The translations under genes and the position numbers were made by a program. From the NCBI GenBank assembly GCA_965213705.1, contig OZ243913.1, positions 3,168,001-3,232,000 of the forward strand: 64,000 bases of DNA, in the 5' to 3' direction. The notes beneath the pieces were generated by a model. That model saw nothing but the letters and a program-made list of their open reading frames with translations, was not told where the DNA came from and searched no databases. Below are positions 20,518 through 31,203 of this stretch, one piece after another (the first letter of the stretch is position 1; each line of letters begins with the position of its first letter). This DNA comes from Trueperaceae bacterium (GTDB taxonomy: Bacteria; Deinococcota; Deinococci; Deinococcales; Trueperaceae).

Positions 20518-21894
20518 TCACTCGTCTAAGTTTTTCAAAACGCTCTGGACGCCCTCGCTGTAGGTCGGGTGGACGAAGACGGCGTCTCGAGCCACCTGGT
20601 AGGGTACGTTCGCGTTCATGAGTGTGATGTAGGTGTGGACCATCTCCGCCCCCTCGGCGGCGATGACGGCGGCACCCAACAGGTGGTCGTTCGCGCCGTC
20701 GACAACCACCTTGATAAAGCCGCCCGGGCGCCCTTCTTCGCGTGCCCGGCCGTTGCTTTTCATGTCGTAGCGAGCGACCTTGACGGCCCTGCCCGTTTCT
20801 TTCGCCTCGCGTTCGGTCATGCCGACGCGCCCCAGTTGGGGGTCGACGAACACGGCGTAAGGAATGACGCGGTGAGTCGTGTGCGAGCCGTCGCCCAGGA
20901 TTTGCGATTCTAAAACGCGGTAGTCGTCGTAAGCGGTGTGCGTGAACATGGGTCCGCCGCGGATGTCGCCGGCGACCCACAAACCTTGAACGTTCGTCGC
21001 CAAGCGTTCGTCGACCTTGACAATGCCCTTGTCGCTCATTTCGGTGCCGACGGTCTCGAGCCCTAGGTCGTCCGTGTTGGGCTTGCGACCGGTTGCCACG
21101 AACAGGTGCGTACCCGTGACGGTACTCTCCTTACCGTCCCGCTCGAAAGTCAGGGTGACGCCGCCGTCGCTCGAGACCTTTTTGGCCTTGGCGTTCAACT
21201 CGAAGGTAATGCCCTCGTCTTCGAGGATTTCTTGCAGCTTCGCAGCCACGTCTTCGTCCTCGTGCGCGGCGACTTGTTCGTGCGACTCGACGACGGTGAC
21301 CCGCGCGCCCATGCGCCGGTAGAACTGACTCATCTCGAGCCCGATATAGCCGCCGCCCAAAATAATCAGGTGCTCGGGCAAGGTGGTGTGCTCGAGCCAG
21401 TTGCCCGAATGAATAAAGTCCAGCTTGTCCAGACCTTCGACCTTCGGGACAAGGCTGCGGGTGCCGGTATTCAGCACGACGCGCGTGGCCGCGACGCCCT
21501 CTTCACCGACGGTAAGCTCAAAACCCTCCGCCGCCTTGCCCGTCAGGCGCGCGTGACCGCGGAGGAGGGTGGGCGCGTCGTCGCCGCCGAACTTGTCTTG
21601 CAAACCGGTGCGCGACTCCTGCAAAATCGTCTTGGCGCGCTCCAAAACCGCTGCGAAGTCGACCCCTACTTCGGGGACGCGCAAGCCGTAGTCGGCCGCC
21701 CGCCGCGCGTCGTAGGCGAGCCGCGCCGAGGCGATGACGGCCTTGGTCGGCGTGCAGCCGAAGTTGACGCAACTCCCGCCCAAGTGTTCCCGCTCGGCGA
21801 GGGCGACCTTTTGGCCTTTTTTGGCGAGCGCTACGGCCAGCGGAATCCCTGCCTGACCCCCGCCGATGACGAGCGTATCGAATGTTCTTGGCAC
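20518..21894 (-). CDS. Pyridine nucleotide-disulfide oxidoreductase (MerA/RclA-like, no Hg-binding C-terminal Cys pair)
   Basis: GGGQAG, GGSCVNFGCTPTK redox disulfide, GGGYIGLE, HPTYSE. Confidence 0.9.
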   Translation of the reverse strand: MPRTFDTLVIGGGQAGIPLAVALAKKGQKVALAEREHLGGSCVNFGCTPTKAVIASARLAYDARRAADYGLRVPEVGVDFAAVLERAKTILQESRTGLQDKFGGDDAPTLLRGHARLTGKAAEGFELTVGEEGVAATRVVLNTGTRSLVPKVEGLDKLDFIHSGNWLEHTTLPEHLIILGGGYIGLEMSQFYRRMGARVTVVESHEQVAAHEDEDVAAKLQEILEDEGITFELNAKAKKVSSDGGVTLTFERDGKESTVTGTHLFVATGRKPNTDDLGLETVGTEMSDKGIVKVDERLATNVQGLWVAGDIRGGPMFTHTAYDDYRVLESQILGDGSHTTHRVIPYAVFVDPQLGRVGMTEREAKETGRAVKVARYDMKSNGRAREEGRPGGFIKVVVDGANDHLLGAAVIAAEGAEMVHTYITLMNANVPYQVARDAVFVHPTYSEGVQSVLKNLDE

Positions 21895-22258
21895 GTTGAC
21901 AGTCCCTTCTGGTCTTTCCCCAGCGTCCGGCCTTCAGCTTACATTTTCTCAGCTTCGGTCGGTGCCGGCCTTCGTCGTGTTTTTGTCAACCGATGTTGTC
22001 AATTGTTGTTAACCGGTGTTGCGACCAAATTCTTGTAACCCGGTCACTTTCAGCATCGCCTTCAAACGTGCGGTTGGACTAGGGCGTTGCCGACAAACTT
22101 GCCGACAAACTCGCCGACGAAGCGGTGTAGGCTCGAGCCGGCCAAGGCCGCGGGCAAGAACCGCCCCTGAACAATCGCGCCTGACCAATCGCGTTTGTCT
22201 ACCAGCCGACAATGCAGCGCGCCCAAACCCGCGACACTTACTTTCAGGAGGCCACACC

Positions 22259-22543
22259 ATGCCCAAAGCAACCTGGAACGGCGCCGTGCTCGCCGAGAGC
22301 GACACGACCGTGACGGTCGAAGGCAACCACTACTTTCCGGCCGAGGCGCTGAACCGAGACCATTTCAAACCTTCGACTCAAACGAGCGTTTGCCCCTGGA
22401 AGGGCACCGCTAAGTACTACGACGTCGAGGTGGACGGCAAAACGAACGCGGGCGCGGCTTGGTACTACCCCGAACCCAAAGACGCCGCCACGAGCATCAA
22501 AGACCGCGTCGCCTTTTGGCGCGGGGTGAGCGTCGAAGACTAA
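22259..22543 (+). CDS. DUF427 family protein
   Basis: VEGNHYFP, CPWKG.A.YY, AWYYP.PK; AGGAGG RBS before ATG 22259. Confidence 0.9.
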   Translation: MPKATWNGAVLAESDTTVTVEGNHYFPAEALNRDHFKPSTQTSVCPWKGTAKYYDVEVDGKTNAGAAWYYPEPKDAATSIKDRVAFWRGVSVED

Positions 22544-22608
22544 ACGAGCGTGAGGCAGCGGCGGGTCACGGACGGCGGGTCACCGTCACACGACACGAGG
22601 TTGTCGCC

Positions 22609-23004
22609 GTGAACGTAAGCGCCGTTCGCCTCAAACCCGGCGACGACCTCCGGGCTTCCTTGTTGGCGCGCTGCACCGAGCAGGGTGTCGAGGCCGCCTG
22701 TGTGCTGACCTGCGTCGGCAGCTTGGAGCGAGCCGTCGTCCGCTTCGCCGACGCGTCCGCCGGAACGGTCTTGACGGGAAAGCTCGAGATTCTCACGCTT
22801 TCGGGTACGCTGTCGCGGCACGGTGCGCACCTGCACATCTGCGTGGCCGACAAGAACGGCCGCGTTCGCGGAGGTCACCTGCTGGACGGCTCGACCGTTT
22901 ACACGACGGCGGAAACCGTCCTCGGCATCCTGCCGGGCGTGTTCAGACGCGAGTTCGACCCGGCGACGGGCTACCCGGAACTCGTCGTCGAAGACTGGTT
23001 CTAG
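22609..23004 (+). CDS. PPC/DUF296 domain protein
   Basis: RLKPGDDL, EILTLSGT, HLH, GGHL, TTAE motifs. Confidence 0.88.
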   Translation: MNVSAVRLKPGDDLRASLLARCTEQGVEAACVLTCVGSLERAVVRFADASAGTVLTGKLEILTLSGTLSRHGAHLHICVADKNGRVRGGHLLDGSTVYTTAETVLGILPGVFRREFDPATGYPELVVEDWF

Positions 23005-23184
23005 GCATCGCCCCGGCGGAACGTTACGCCAAGTTCGGGGCGTGAACGGGACACTTTTTGTGCAGGTTTTTTGCAACGCTCGCGGTTTGTGACGCGTCTT
23101 GCAGGATACCCCACACGGGTATTGAAGTGTACAGACGCTTCGGGGCCCGGATGGTAGGCTGAGGGCAGTTTGTAGGAGGTAAAC

Positions 23185-24177
23185 GTGGCTAAATCCGAAC
23201 ATCATTACGACCTCGCCATTATCGGTGGCGGTCCGGCCGGACTGACCGCTGGTATTTACGGCGGTCGCGGGCAACTCAGCGTCGTCGTCTTAGAAAAGGG
23301 CTTACCGGGTGGGCAAATCGCCCAAACGCAAGAGGTCGAAAACTACCCTGGGTTTCCCGACGTTGTCAGCGGCCCCGAGCTGTCGCAGCGCATGGTGCAA
23401 CAAGCCGAAAAGTTCGGCGCGAAAATCGTTATGGAAGAGGTAACCGGGCTCGAGCGCCGACCCGGCGGCGGTTTCACTGTCAAGGGTTACGAGGCCGACT
23501 ACGTCGCCAAAACCGTCGTCATCGCTACGGGCGCGAACCCGCGCCGCTTGGACGTGCCCGGCGAGGACGAGTTCTACGGGCGCGGCGTGTCCACCTGCGC
23601 CACCTGTGACGGCTTTTTTTACCGGGGCAAAGAGGTCGTCGTCGTCGGCGGCGGCGACGCGGCGGTCGAAGAGGGAATGTTTTTGACCAAGTTTGCCGAC
23701 AAGGTCACCGTCGTTCACCGCCGCAGCGAACTGCGGGCCAACAAAGAAGCGCAGAAACGCGCCTTTGCCAACCCCAAGATGCACTGGCTTTGGAACACGG
23801 TCGTCGAGGAAGTTCTGGGGGAGGCCGGCCAGGTGGTCGGCGTCCGCACCCGCAACACGGAAACCGGCGACGAGAGCGTCTTGAAAACCGACGGCGTGTT
23901 CGTCTACGTCGGGCACATTCCCAACACGGACTACCTAAAGGGCGTCGTGGCGCTGAACGACCACGGTTACGTCGACGTCAAAAACGAAATCTTTACCGAT
24001 GTTGAAGGCATCTTCGCGGCTGGAGACGTGTCGGACGAGGTTTACCGGCAACTCTCGACGAGTGTGGGGGCCGGGACTCGAGCCGCGATGGCGGCCGAGC
24101 GCTGGCTCGCCGAGCAACCCGGCGAAGACGTGGTGGTAAGCGAGTGGCTCGACACGAGTGCGCGCGTCGGAGCCTGA
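23185..24177 (+). CDS. trxB: Thioredoxin-disulfide reductase
   Basis: [37 protein letters not shown]. Confidence 0.97.
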   Translation: MAKSEHHYDLAIIGGGPAGLTAGIYGGRGQLSVVVLEKGLPGGQIAQTQEVENYPGFPDVVSGPELSQRMVQQAEKFGAKIVMEEVTGLERRPGGGFTVKGYEADYVAKTVVIATGANPRRLDVPGEDEFYGRGVSTCATCDGFFYRGKEVVVVGGGDAAVEEGMFLTKFADKVTVVHRRSELRANKEAQKRAFANPKMHWLWNTVVEEVLGEAGQVVGVRTRNTETGDESVLKTDGVFVYVGHIPNTDYLKGVVALNDHGYVDVKNEIFTDVEGIFAAGDVSDEVYRQLSTSVGAGTRAAMAAERWLAEQPGEDVVVSEWLDTSARVGA

Positions 24178-24249
24178 GCGTACCGACGGCCTTGTTCACG
24201 GCAACCCGCTTTCAACGAACCTGTCGGTAAGCAGTGGTAGGGCACGAGC

Positions 24250-24282
24250 AAGCCCGAGAAACCTAAAGGGTTTCTCGGGCTT
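24250..24282. terminator. Hairpin / probable terminator downstream of trxB
   Basis: aagcccgagaaacc / ggtttctcgggctt 14-bp inverted repeat. Confidence 0.6.
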
Positions 24283-24402
24283 CGCCCGTTACCAAACTCC
24301 CCGCTCGGTCCTGAAAACCCCTGGTCGCTAGGACCCTTCGACACCCTACATACTGACACTTTCGTGACACTCTCCAGCCGTCCCAGAGCCTAAAATGAGG
24401 AC

Positions 24403-25527
24403 ATGAACCAAGGACCGACCGGCATCGTCATGATGAATTTGGGAGGGCCGAAAAACCTCGACGAGGTTCAGCCTTTCTTGCTCAAACTGTTCGAAGACCG
24501 CGAAATCATCCAACTGCCCGTGCAAAAATACCTGGGACCGTTTATTGCCAAGCGCCGCACCAAGAGCGTGCAACAAAACTACGCCGACATCGGCGGCGGC
24601 TCGCCCATCCTGAAGTGGACCGAAGCGCAGGGCCGCGGCATGGTCGAACGCCTGGACTTTCTAAGCCCGGAGACCGCTCCGCACAAGTTTTACGTGGCGT
24701 TTCGCTACGTTCACCCGTTTAGCGAAGACGCGCTGCAAACCATGAAGGCCGACGGGGTGAAACGCGCCGTCGCTTTTACCCAGTACCCGCAGTTTTCCTG
24801 CTCGACGACGGGCTCGTCTTTGAACGAACTGTGGCGGGCGGCGCGGCGGGTGGGGCTGCAGGACGCGTTTGAATGGAGCGTCATCGACCGCTGGCCCACA
24901 CATCCGCGCTTTATCGAGGCGATGACCGAGACGGTCAAACAGGGTTTGCAGCAGTTCGACGAACAAGAGCGCGACGACGTGCTGATTTTGTTCAGCGCGC
25001 ACTCGCTGCCGCTCGACGTTATCAACCGGGGCGACGCCTACCCGGCCGAAATCGGCGCGACGGTTCACGAGGTGATGAAGCGGCTCGAGTACGGCCACGA
25101 ATACCTACTCGCCTACCAGTCGGACGTGGGGCCGGTGCCCTGGCTCGGGCCGAGCACCGAAACCGTGATTGAGGACTTGGGCGCGAAAAAGCGCAAAAAC
25201 GTCCTCGTCGTCGGGATAGCCTTTACGAGCGACCACATCGAAACGCTCCACGAACTCGACATCGAGTACGGCGAACTCGCGCACGAGGCGGGCATCACCA
25301 ACTACCGACGTGCGCCCGCGCTGAACGGGCTGCCGCTGTTCCAGGACGCGCTGGCCGACGTCGTGTTGGAGCACCTGCAAAGCGGCGAAGCCTGCACCAA
25401 ACAGTACGGCCTCCGCTGCCCCGGCTGCGTCAACCCGCAGTGCCGCAATATCCTGAACCCAGTTGCCCCCTACAAGCGTTCGAACGTGAGCGCGTCGAAG
25501 AAGAACAAAGAGTATCAGGCAGTTTAA
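24403..25527 (+). CDS. hemH: Ferrochelatase with a C-terminal Cys cluster (animal-type [2Fe-2S] motif)
   Basis: NLGGP, GGSP, FRYVHP, YPQFSCSTTGSS, FSAHSLP, WLGPST, FTSDHIETL.ELD; ends with CPGCVNPQC. Confidence 0.95.
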   Translation: MNQGPTGIVMMNLGGPKNLDEVQPFLLKLFEDREIIQLPVQKYLGPFIAKRRTKSVQQNYADIGGGSPILKWTEAQGRGMVERLDFLSPETAPHKFYVAFRYVHPFSEDALQTMKADGVKRAVAFTQYPQFSCSTTGSSLNELWRAARRVGLQDAFEWSVIDRWPTHPRFIEAMTETVKQGLQQFDEQERDDVLILFSAHSLPLDVINRGDAYPAEIGATVHEVMKRLEYGHEYLLAYQSDVGPVPWLGPSTETVIEDLGAKKRKNVLVVGIAFTSDHIETLHELDIEYGELAHEAGITNYRRAPALNGLPLFQDALADVVLEHLQSGEACTKQYGLRCPGCVNPQCRNILNPVAPYKRSNVSASKKNKEYQAV

Positions 25528-25597
25528 TGAGGGGGAAGGAGGGGGTAAAACCAAAAACCTTTACTTCCCACCTTCTCTTTATCCCATTTTCCCGTTT

Positions 25598-26158
25598 TCA
25601 ACCCTCCACTCGCCAATACGCACCGCCCCCGCCTTCGCGCGCCATGAGACCGAAGTCTACGAAGCTGCGCCTCATGCGGGCGGTGTCTTCGTTGTAGCGC
25701 TTGAGCACCACATTGACCTCGCGCTCGCTGTAGCGCTTGCCCGTTTCGAACGCCTCCAAAACGTAGCGCAAGATGACGAGATACTTTTTCTGTTGCGTCG
25801 GAAAAGCGGTCACCTCGCCGTTGGGACCTGTGAACGTTTGTAGAACTTTGCGTTCAAAGGCGCTCAAATCTACGTCGCCGGCTAAGTCGGGCAGTTTTTC
25901 CTCCTCAAAGGCAGTCTTCGCCACGTCTTGCAGCACCTGCGTTTGTAAGTGGTAGAGGCGATAGTGCCCGTCCGTTTTGGCCTCGACCAGGCCGACGTCG
26001 GCAAGACGGCGTAGGTGGTGGCTCGTGGTGGAGTCGCGCAGCTCGAGCAACTCCGCTAACTCCTCGACGCTGCGGGGTTCGTGGGCCAACAAACCGACTA
26101 TTTTCAGGCGGTTCGCATCTGCTAGGGCTTTAAAAAGGGACAACACTTCGGGCTGCAT
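25598..26158 (-). CDS. ArsR-family HTH regulator fused to DUF2087
   Basis: KALADANRLKI..LL, TTSHHL..L; C-terminal P..QKK, YSEREVN, D.A..RR..VD.GL..R. Confidence 0.85.
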   Translation of the reverse strand: MQPEVLSLFKALADANRLKIVGLLAHEPRSVEELAELLELRDSTTSHHLRRLADVGLVEAKTDGHYRLYHLQTQVLQDVAKTAFEEEKLPDLAGDVDLSAFERKVLQTFTGPNGEVTAFPTQQKKYLVILRYVLEAFETGKRYSEREVNVVLKRYNEDTARMRRSFVDFGLMAREGGGGAYWRVEG

Positions 26159-26307
26159 GTTGGTACTCCGTTTCGACACGCATAACATCAATTAGATGTA
26201 TATCAAGATGATTCTATATCAATTGGTTAGCTCACGCAAGTCTCGGTGAGTTCTATGCCAAAGTTTGAAGGTTTTATCGCCAGTTGTAATTGAGCTAAAC
26301 TGTTTGC

Positions 26308-26856
26308 ATGATTAAGCCTCTGCAAAGCGTTCTGAGTGCTGACGAGTACCTCGAGTTGGAAAAGTCGAGTGAAGAGCGGCATGAGTATGTAGAAGGTCGC
26401 CTCTATGCGCTGGCGGGCGGGAGCGGGCGTCACAACCGTATCTCCCTGAACATTGCGGCAGCTTTTTTGGCCGTGGCGTCGTCAAAGTGCCGCGTTTATC
26501 AGGAAGGCATGAAGTTACAAGTAGGCGAGACGGTTTTCTATTACCCTGATGTGATGGTCGTGTGTGACAAAGAAGAACCCGACCCCTATTTTGAGACCGA
26601 GCCCTGTATTTTGGTCGAGGTTCTCTCACCCAGTACCAAACACATCGACGTGCGCGAGAAAATGCTCGAGTACAAGCGCTTGCCCAACTTGCAGACTTAC
26701 CTTATCGTCGACCCGGACAGTTTGTTCGTGCGGCACTTGTGGCGTGACGCCGAAGGCGACTGGCAACAGCAAGACGTTACCGGCAGCGGCGACCTCGCCA
26801 TGCCGTGTTTGGGTACGTCGTTGAAGCTGTCGCAAATCTACCGAGGTGTGTTTTAG
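26308..26856 (+). CDS. Uma2 (DUF820) family endonuclease-fold protein
   Basis: EYLELE, HEYVEG..YA.AG, YYPDVMV.C, VEVLSPST...D..EK..EY. Confidence 0.9.
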   Translation: MIKPLQSVLSADEYLELEKSSEERHEYVEGRLYALAGGSGRHNRISLNIAAAFLAVASSKCRVYQEGMKLQVGETVFYYPDVMVVCDKEEPDPYFETEPCILVEVLSPSTKHIDVREKMLEYKRLPNLQTYLIVDPDSLFVRHLWRDAEGDWQQQDVTGSGDLAMPCLGTSLKLSQIYRGVF

Positions 26857-26899
26857 CGCGAGAAAGACCAAGTCCGTCCCACGCTTTTTAAGTAAAGGG

Positions 26900-28378
26900 T
26901 CAAGCTGTCCTCGAGCCCAAAAACTCTACCAACAACCGCACGCCGAAACCCGTTCCGCCTTTGGTGGTGTAACCGCCGCCCTTGTCGGCGAGCGCCATCC
27001 CGGCGATGTCGAGGTGCGCCCAGGGGTAGTTTGTGAACTCCTGCAGAAAAACGGCCGAGGTGCCCACGCCGCCCGTCCGGCCACCGGTGTTTTTGATGTC
27101 GGCCACGTCGGAATTGATGGTCTTTCGGTAGTCCTCGTAGAGCGGCAGGGGCCAGACGCGCTCGAAACTGTGCGTACCCGCCGCGACCAGGGCGTCTTTT
27201 AGGGCGTCGTCGGTGCTGAACAAACCCGCCGCCACGCCCTTGCCGAGCGAGATGACGGCGGAGCCGGTCAGTGTCGCCAAGTCGATGACGAGGCTCGGGC
27301 TGTAGCGCTCGGCGTAAACGAGGGCGTCGGCCAAAATCATGCGGCCCTCGGCGTCGGTGCTGATAATTTCGATGGTCTTGCCGTTGCTGGCCCGAATCAC
27401 GTCGGCGGGGTGGTAAGCGTTCGCGTCGGGCATGTTTTCGGTCGAGGGGACGATGCCGACGACGTGCAGGGGCAAGTCCAATTCCCCGACCGCCCGCATC
27501 GCGCCCAGCACCGCCGCCGCGCCGCCCATGTCGGACTTCATCGCGCCCATGTTGGCGCTGGGTTTGATGCTGATGCCGCCGGTGTCGAAGGTGACGCCTT
27601 TGCCGACCAAGACGACGGTCTCGAGGTTCTCACCGCTAGCCCCGTGCTCGAGCACGATGAACTTCGGCTCCTCGCCCGCGCCCTTGGCGACGGCCAAAAA
27701 TGCGCCCATGTCGCGTTCTGCGGCCCAGGCCCGGTCACCGACAGTCAGTTCGAAGCCGTACTGCTCAGCCATCTCTGCGGCGACCGCAGCAAGCTTGCTC
27801 GGCGTGGCGACGTTCGGCGGCATGTTGACGAGGTCACGCGCCAAGTAAACGCCCGCCGCCACAGCTTGCGCCGTCTTCACGCCCGCTTCGACCGCGCTCA
27901 AGTCGTCTTCGGTTACGACGGTCAAGGCAGAAAGTTCGTTCGTTTCCTCTTTTTGCTTGTCGGCGTCGAAGCGGTACACCGCCAGCAGCGCGCCCTCGGC
28001 GGTCGCCTGCGCTGCGGCTTTGGGCTCGAGGTCTGCGCCGTGAACAATGCTGGCGACGTGCTTGCCGTTCAGCTTGCGCGCCCGCTTGACAGCGGCGGCC
28101 GAGGCCTTGCGGACGGTTTCTAAGTCCAGCTTGTCCCGCTCGCCCAACCCGACGACGACGACGCGCTTGGCCGTGAGCGCCCCACGCGGGTAGAGCACAG
28201 TTACCTCGCCCGTTTCACCCTTAAAGTCGCCCTCGCTGACGCGTTCGCGCAACGCGCCGCCCAACGTCTCGTCTACCTCACTCGCCGCGCCCTCCAAACC
28301 GCCGTCCTTGAAAACGCTGACGACGAGGGTGTCCGCTTCGGTTTCGTGGATTTTTCCTGTGACTGTTTTGATGTCCAT
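26900..28378 (-). CDS. pepA: Leucyl aminopeptidase (M17)
   Basis: GKGVTFDTGGISIK, MKSDMGGAA, TDAEGR, DLATLTG, WAHLDIAG; GGAGG RBS before ATG 28378. Confidence 0.95.
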   Translation of the reverse strand: MDIKTVTGKIHETEADTLVVSVFKDGGLEGAASEVDETLGGALRERVSEGDFKGETGEVTVLYPRGALTAKRVVVVGLGERDKLDLETVRKASAAAVKRARKLNGKHVASIVHGADLEPKAAAQATAEGALLAVYRFDADKQKEETNELSALTVVTEDDLSAVEAGVKTAQAVAAGVYLARDLVNMPPNVATPSKLAAVAAEMAEQYGFELTVGDRAWAAERDMGAFLAVAKGAGEEPKFIVLEHGASGENLETVVLVGKGVTFDTGGISIKPSANMGAMKSDMGGAAAVLGAMRAVGELDLPLHVVGIVPSTENMPDANAYHPADVIRASNGKTIEIISTDAEGRMILADALVYAERYSPSLVIDLATLTGSAVISLGKGVAAGLFSTDDALKDALVAAGTHSFERVWPLPLYEDYRKTINSDVADIKNTGGRTGGVGTSAVFLQEFTNYPWAHLDIAGMALADKGGGYTTKGGTGFGVRLLVEFLGSRTA

Positions 28379-28525
28379 GTGAACCTCCAAATGTGCGCAC
28401 GCTACCACGAGGTTCATTCTTCGACTGAAAGACGCAACGATTTCGGCATCATTCCCTCACCCTGGTTCAGCCTCACTTGGCTCGGTATACTTTAAACCGA
28501 GCTTCACAGGGTCAGGGAGGACGAA

Positions 28526-30376
28526 ATGGCTTACGAGTTCGAGCAGTTTACGGCGGTGCGGCTCTTCACGAGCGCAGCTTACTCACCGGACGGCAGGAGT
28601 ATCGCCTACATCGCCAACACCTCGGGTGAGTTCAACCTCTGGACGATGCCCGCCGGGGGCGGTTTCGCGCGGCAGCTCACCGGCTTTACGGACAAGGCGG
28701 TGCGCAGTTTCAAGTGGTCGCCGGATTCACGGCGCATCGCCTTTACCGCCGACCATCACGGCGACGAGATGCACCAGGTTTACGTGATGGAGGCCTCAAA
28801 CAGTTGGCCGCGGCAGCTTACCGACGCGGCGAACGTGCAGTATTCGCTCTCCAGCTGGACGCCGGACGGCAAGCGTCTTATTATCACCGGCAACGACCGC
28901 GAGCCGACCGAGATGGACCCGCAACTGCTCGAGGTAGAGACGGGCAGCGTAAAACGCCTCATGACCGGCGGGCGCTATTACGGCGCAGAGGTGTCGCCGG
29001 ACGGGAAACACCTCCTCATCGTCGAACTCAACGGCAACACCGACCAGAACATTTTTGTTTACAACCTCGAGACCGGCGAACACACCAACGCCACCGAACA
29101 CGAAAAGGAAACCGTTTTTTGGCCCGGTCCTTGGAAGAACGACGGCAGCGGTTTTTACCTCGTCACCAACGACGGGCGTGAATACAACGGCGTGGCGTTT
29201 TACAGCCTCGAGCGCCAAACTTGGGACTGGGTGTACACGCCCGAGGCGGACATCGAGCACGTCGTTGTGTCCGCAACCGGCGACATGATTCTTTACAACG
29301 TCAACGTCGCGGGCGGCTCGCAACTGCACACTGGAGAACACAGCGAAGGAAGCAGCGACGAGCAGAGTTTACCGGAGTTGCCCCTGGGCATCATCTCCGA
29401 CCTCGACCTGAACCCCGATGGCAGCAAGGCGGTGCTACTTTTCTCGAGACCGCAAGAGGCCGTCAACTTGTACGAACTCGAACTGGCGACAGGGGGCTTG
29501 CAGGCGCTCGAGCAAAGCATGATTGGCGGCATCGACTTAGACGACTTGCTCGAGCCCGACCTCATCCACTACTCGAGCTTCGACGGGCGCGATGTCCCCG
29601 CGTGGCTTTACAAACCCAGAAACGCCGAGGGGAAGTGTCCCGTTGTCCTGTCGATTCACGGCGGCCCCGAATCGCAGGAGCGGCCTGGATACGCCTACGC
29701 GGGGCTGTACCAGTACCTCTTGAGCCGCGGCGTCGGCGTGCTCGCGCCGAACATTCGCGGCTCGACGGGTTACGGCATTACTTACCAAAAGCTCATCCAC
29801 CGCGACTGGGGTGGCGACGAGCTGAAAGACATCGAGCACGCGGCGAAGTATTTGCAAGGCTTGGACTGGGTGGACGGGGAACGCTTGGCGGTGTTCGGTG
29901 GCAGCTTCGGCGGTTTCGCCGTCTTAAGCGCGGTGACGCGCCTGCCCGACTACTGGGTGGCGGGCGTGGACATCGTGGGGCCTGCGAACCTCGTCACCTT
30001 CGCCAAGGCCGTGCCGCCCCACTGGCGCGCGATGATGAAAACCTGGGTCGGCGACCCCGAGGAAGACGCCGACTTTTTGATGGAGCGCTCGCCCATCAGC
30101 TACGTCGAGAACGTCACCGTTCCCCTTCTCGTCATCCAGGGCGCGAACGACCCCCGCGTGGTCAAGGCCGAGTCGGACCAGATGGTCGAAAAAATGCGTG
30201 AAAAAGGCTTGGCAGTCGAGTATTACGTCGATGATAAAAGCGGCCACGGCCCCACCAACCGCGAGGAGCGCAACAAGTGGATGCGGATGAGCGGCGACTT
30301 TTTGCTCACGCAGTTCGGGCTGGGAGAAGGGCTCGAGCCCACCGACGAAACCGCCGAAAGGGAGGCTGCCGACTGA
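28526..30376 (+). CDS. S9-family (prolyl oligopeptidase / acylaminoacyl) peptidase
   Basis: Beta-propeller SPDG repeats; HGGP, GGSFGG nucleophile, GANDPRV, GH. Confidence 0.93.
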   Translation: MAYEFEQFTAVRLFTSAAYSPDGRSIAYIANTSGEFNLWTMPAGGGFARQLTGFTDKAVRSFKWSPDSRRIAFTADHHGDEMHQVYVMEASNSWPRQLTDAANVQYSLSSWTPDGKRLIITGNDREPTEMDPQLLEVETGSVKRLMTGGRYYGAEVSPDGKHLLIVELNGNTDQNIFVYNLETGEHTNATEHEKETVFWPGPWKNDGSGFYLVTNDGREYNGVAFYSLERQTWDWVYTPEADIEHVVVSATGDMILYNVNVAGGSQLHTGEHSEGSSDEQSLPELPLGIISDLDLNPDGSKAVLLFSRPQEAVNLYELELATGGLQALEQSMIGGIDLDDLLEPDLIHYSSFDGRDVPAWLYKPRNAEGKCPVVLSIHGGPESQERPGYAYAGLYQYLLSRGVGVLAPNIRGSTGYGITYQKLIHRDWGGDELKDIEHAAKYLQGLDWVDGERLAVFGGSFGGFAVLSAVTRLPDYWVAGVDIVGPANLVTFAKAVPPHWRAMMKTWVGDPEEDADFLMERSPISYVENVTVPLLVIQGANDPRVVKAESDQMVEKMREKGLAVEYYVDDKSGHGPTNREERNKWMRMSGDFLLTQFGLGEGLEPTDETAEREAAD

Positions 30377-30449
30377 AGCTCGAGCCGACTCGCTAAACAC
30401 CAAGCCTTTCAACTCAGAAATTCACTGGACAATGCGCTAAGCTGAGGTC

Positions 30450-30710
30450 ATGGTCAACGCCCACGCCACCCTCACGATTCCGCAGGATGTTCTCGACTCC
30501 GCCCGGCTCACGGCGGAAGAAGCGAAGCAGGAACTCGCCGTGAGCCTTTACGCCAACGGTCGCTTGTCCGTCGGCAAGGCTCGAGAGCTGGCGGACATGT
30601 CGCTGTGGAGCTTCCGGCATCTTCTGGCTTCGAGAAATATCCCCGTCCACTACGGCCTCGAGGACCTAAAGGATGACCTCAACACCTTAAATAATCTAAA
30701 GCGTTCGTGA
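30450..30710 (+). CDS. UPF0175-family protein (putative antitoxin)
   Basis: ELAVSLY..G.LS.GKARELA..S...F..LL; its stop overlaps the GTG start of a PIN-domain gene. Confidence 0.85.
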   Translation: MVNAHATLTIPQDVLDSARLTAEEAKQELAVSLYANGRLSVGKARELADMSLWSFRHLLASRNIPVHYGLEDLKDDLNTLNNLKRS

Positions 30711-31196
30711 TTGTCGCTGATACCTCACCGTTGACCAACCTCGCAGCCATCGGACAGTTTGAACTTCTGGCGAAACTTTACGGCCGACTTTACATTAGCC
30801 GAGGCCGTGTGGCAAGAACTAAATGCCGACGGTAAACGCCATCCCGGACGAGAGGAAGTGGCTGCCGCCGAATGGGTCGAACGCCATAAGGTCAACAATC
30901 TTTCGCTCGTTCAAGCACTGCAACGCGATTTGGACCCAGGTGAATCGGAAACCATCGCGCTGGCCGTAGAGTTGAGTGCCGATGTTGCACTGCTCGATGA
31001 GCGTGAGGGGCGTCACGCAGCCAAACGGCTCGGTGTACGAACACTCGGAGTAGTGGGAATTTTGCTCGACGCTAAAACCCACAACTACATCCGCACCGTC
31101 AAACCCCATCTCGACGCCTTGCGGACGGTCGCGGGATTCTATTTGCGAGACACTGTCTACGAGCAAGTTCTAGCTATCGCCGCTGAGCTAAACTGA
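30707..31196 (+). pseudogene. DUF3368/PIN-domain putative toxin, interrupted by a +1 frameshift near 30797
   Basis: GTG 30707 gives MIVADTSPLTNLAAIGQFELLAKLYGRLYI; the frame then shifts (extra base ~30797) into AEAVWQEL...LDPGESETIALA...LLDERE GR..A. Confidence 0.8.
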
Positions 31197-31203
31197 CCAG
31201 TCT

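Noticed and set aside
20518..21894. Mercuric reductase merA
   Set aside because: Lacks the C-terminal Cys-Cys pair and N-terminal metal-binding domain; no mer genes adjacent.
4135..26856. The two Uma2 genes as a defence island
   Set aside because: They are isolated, 22 kb apart and without partner defence genes; this family is commonly expanded in such genomes.
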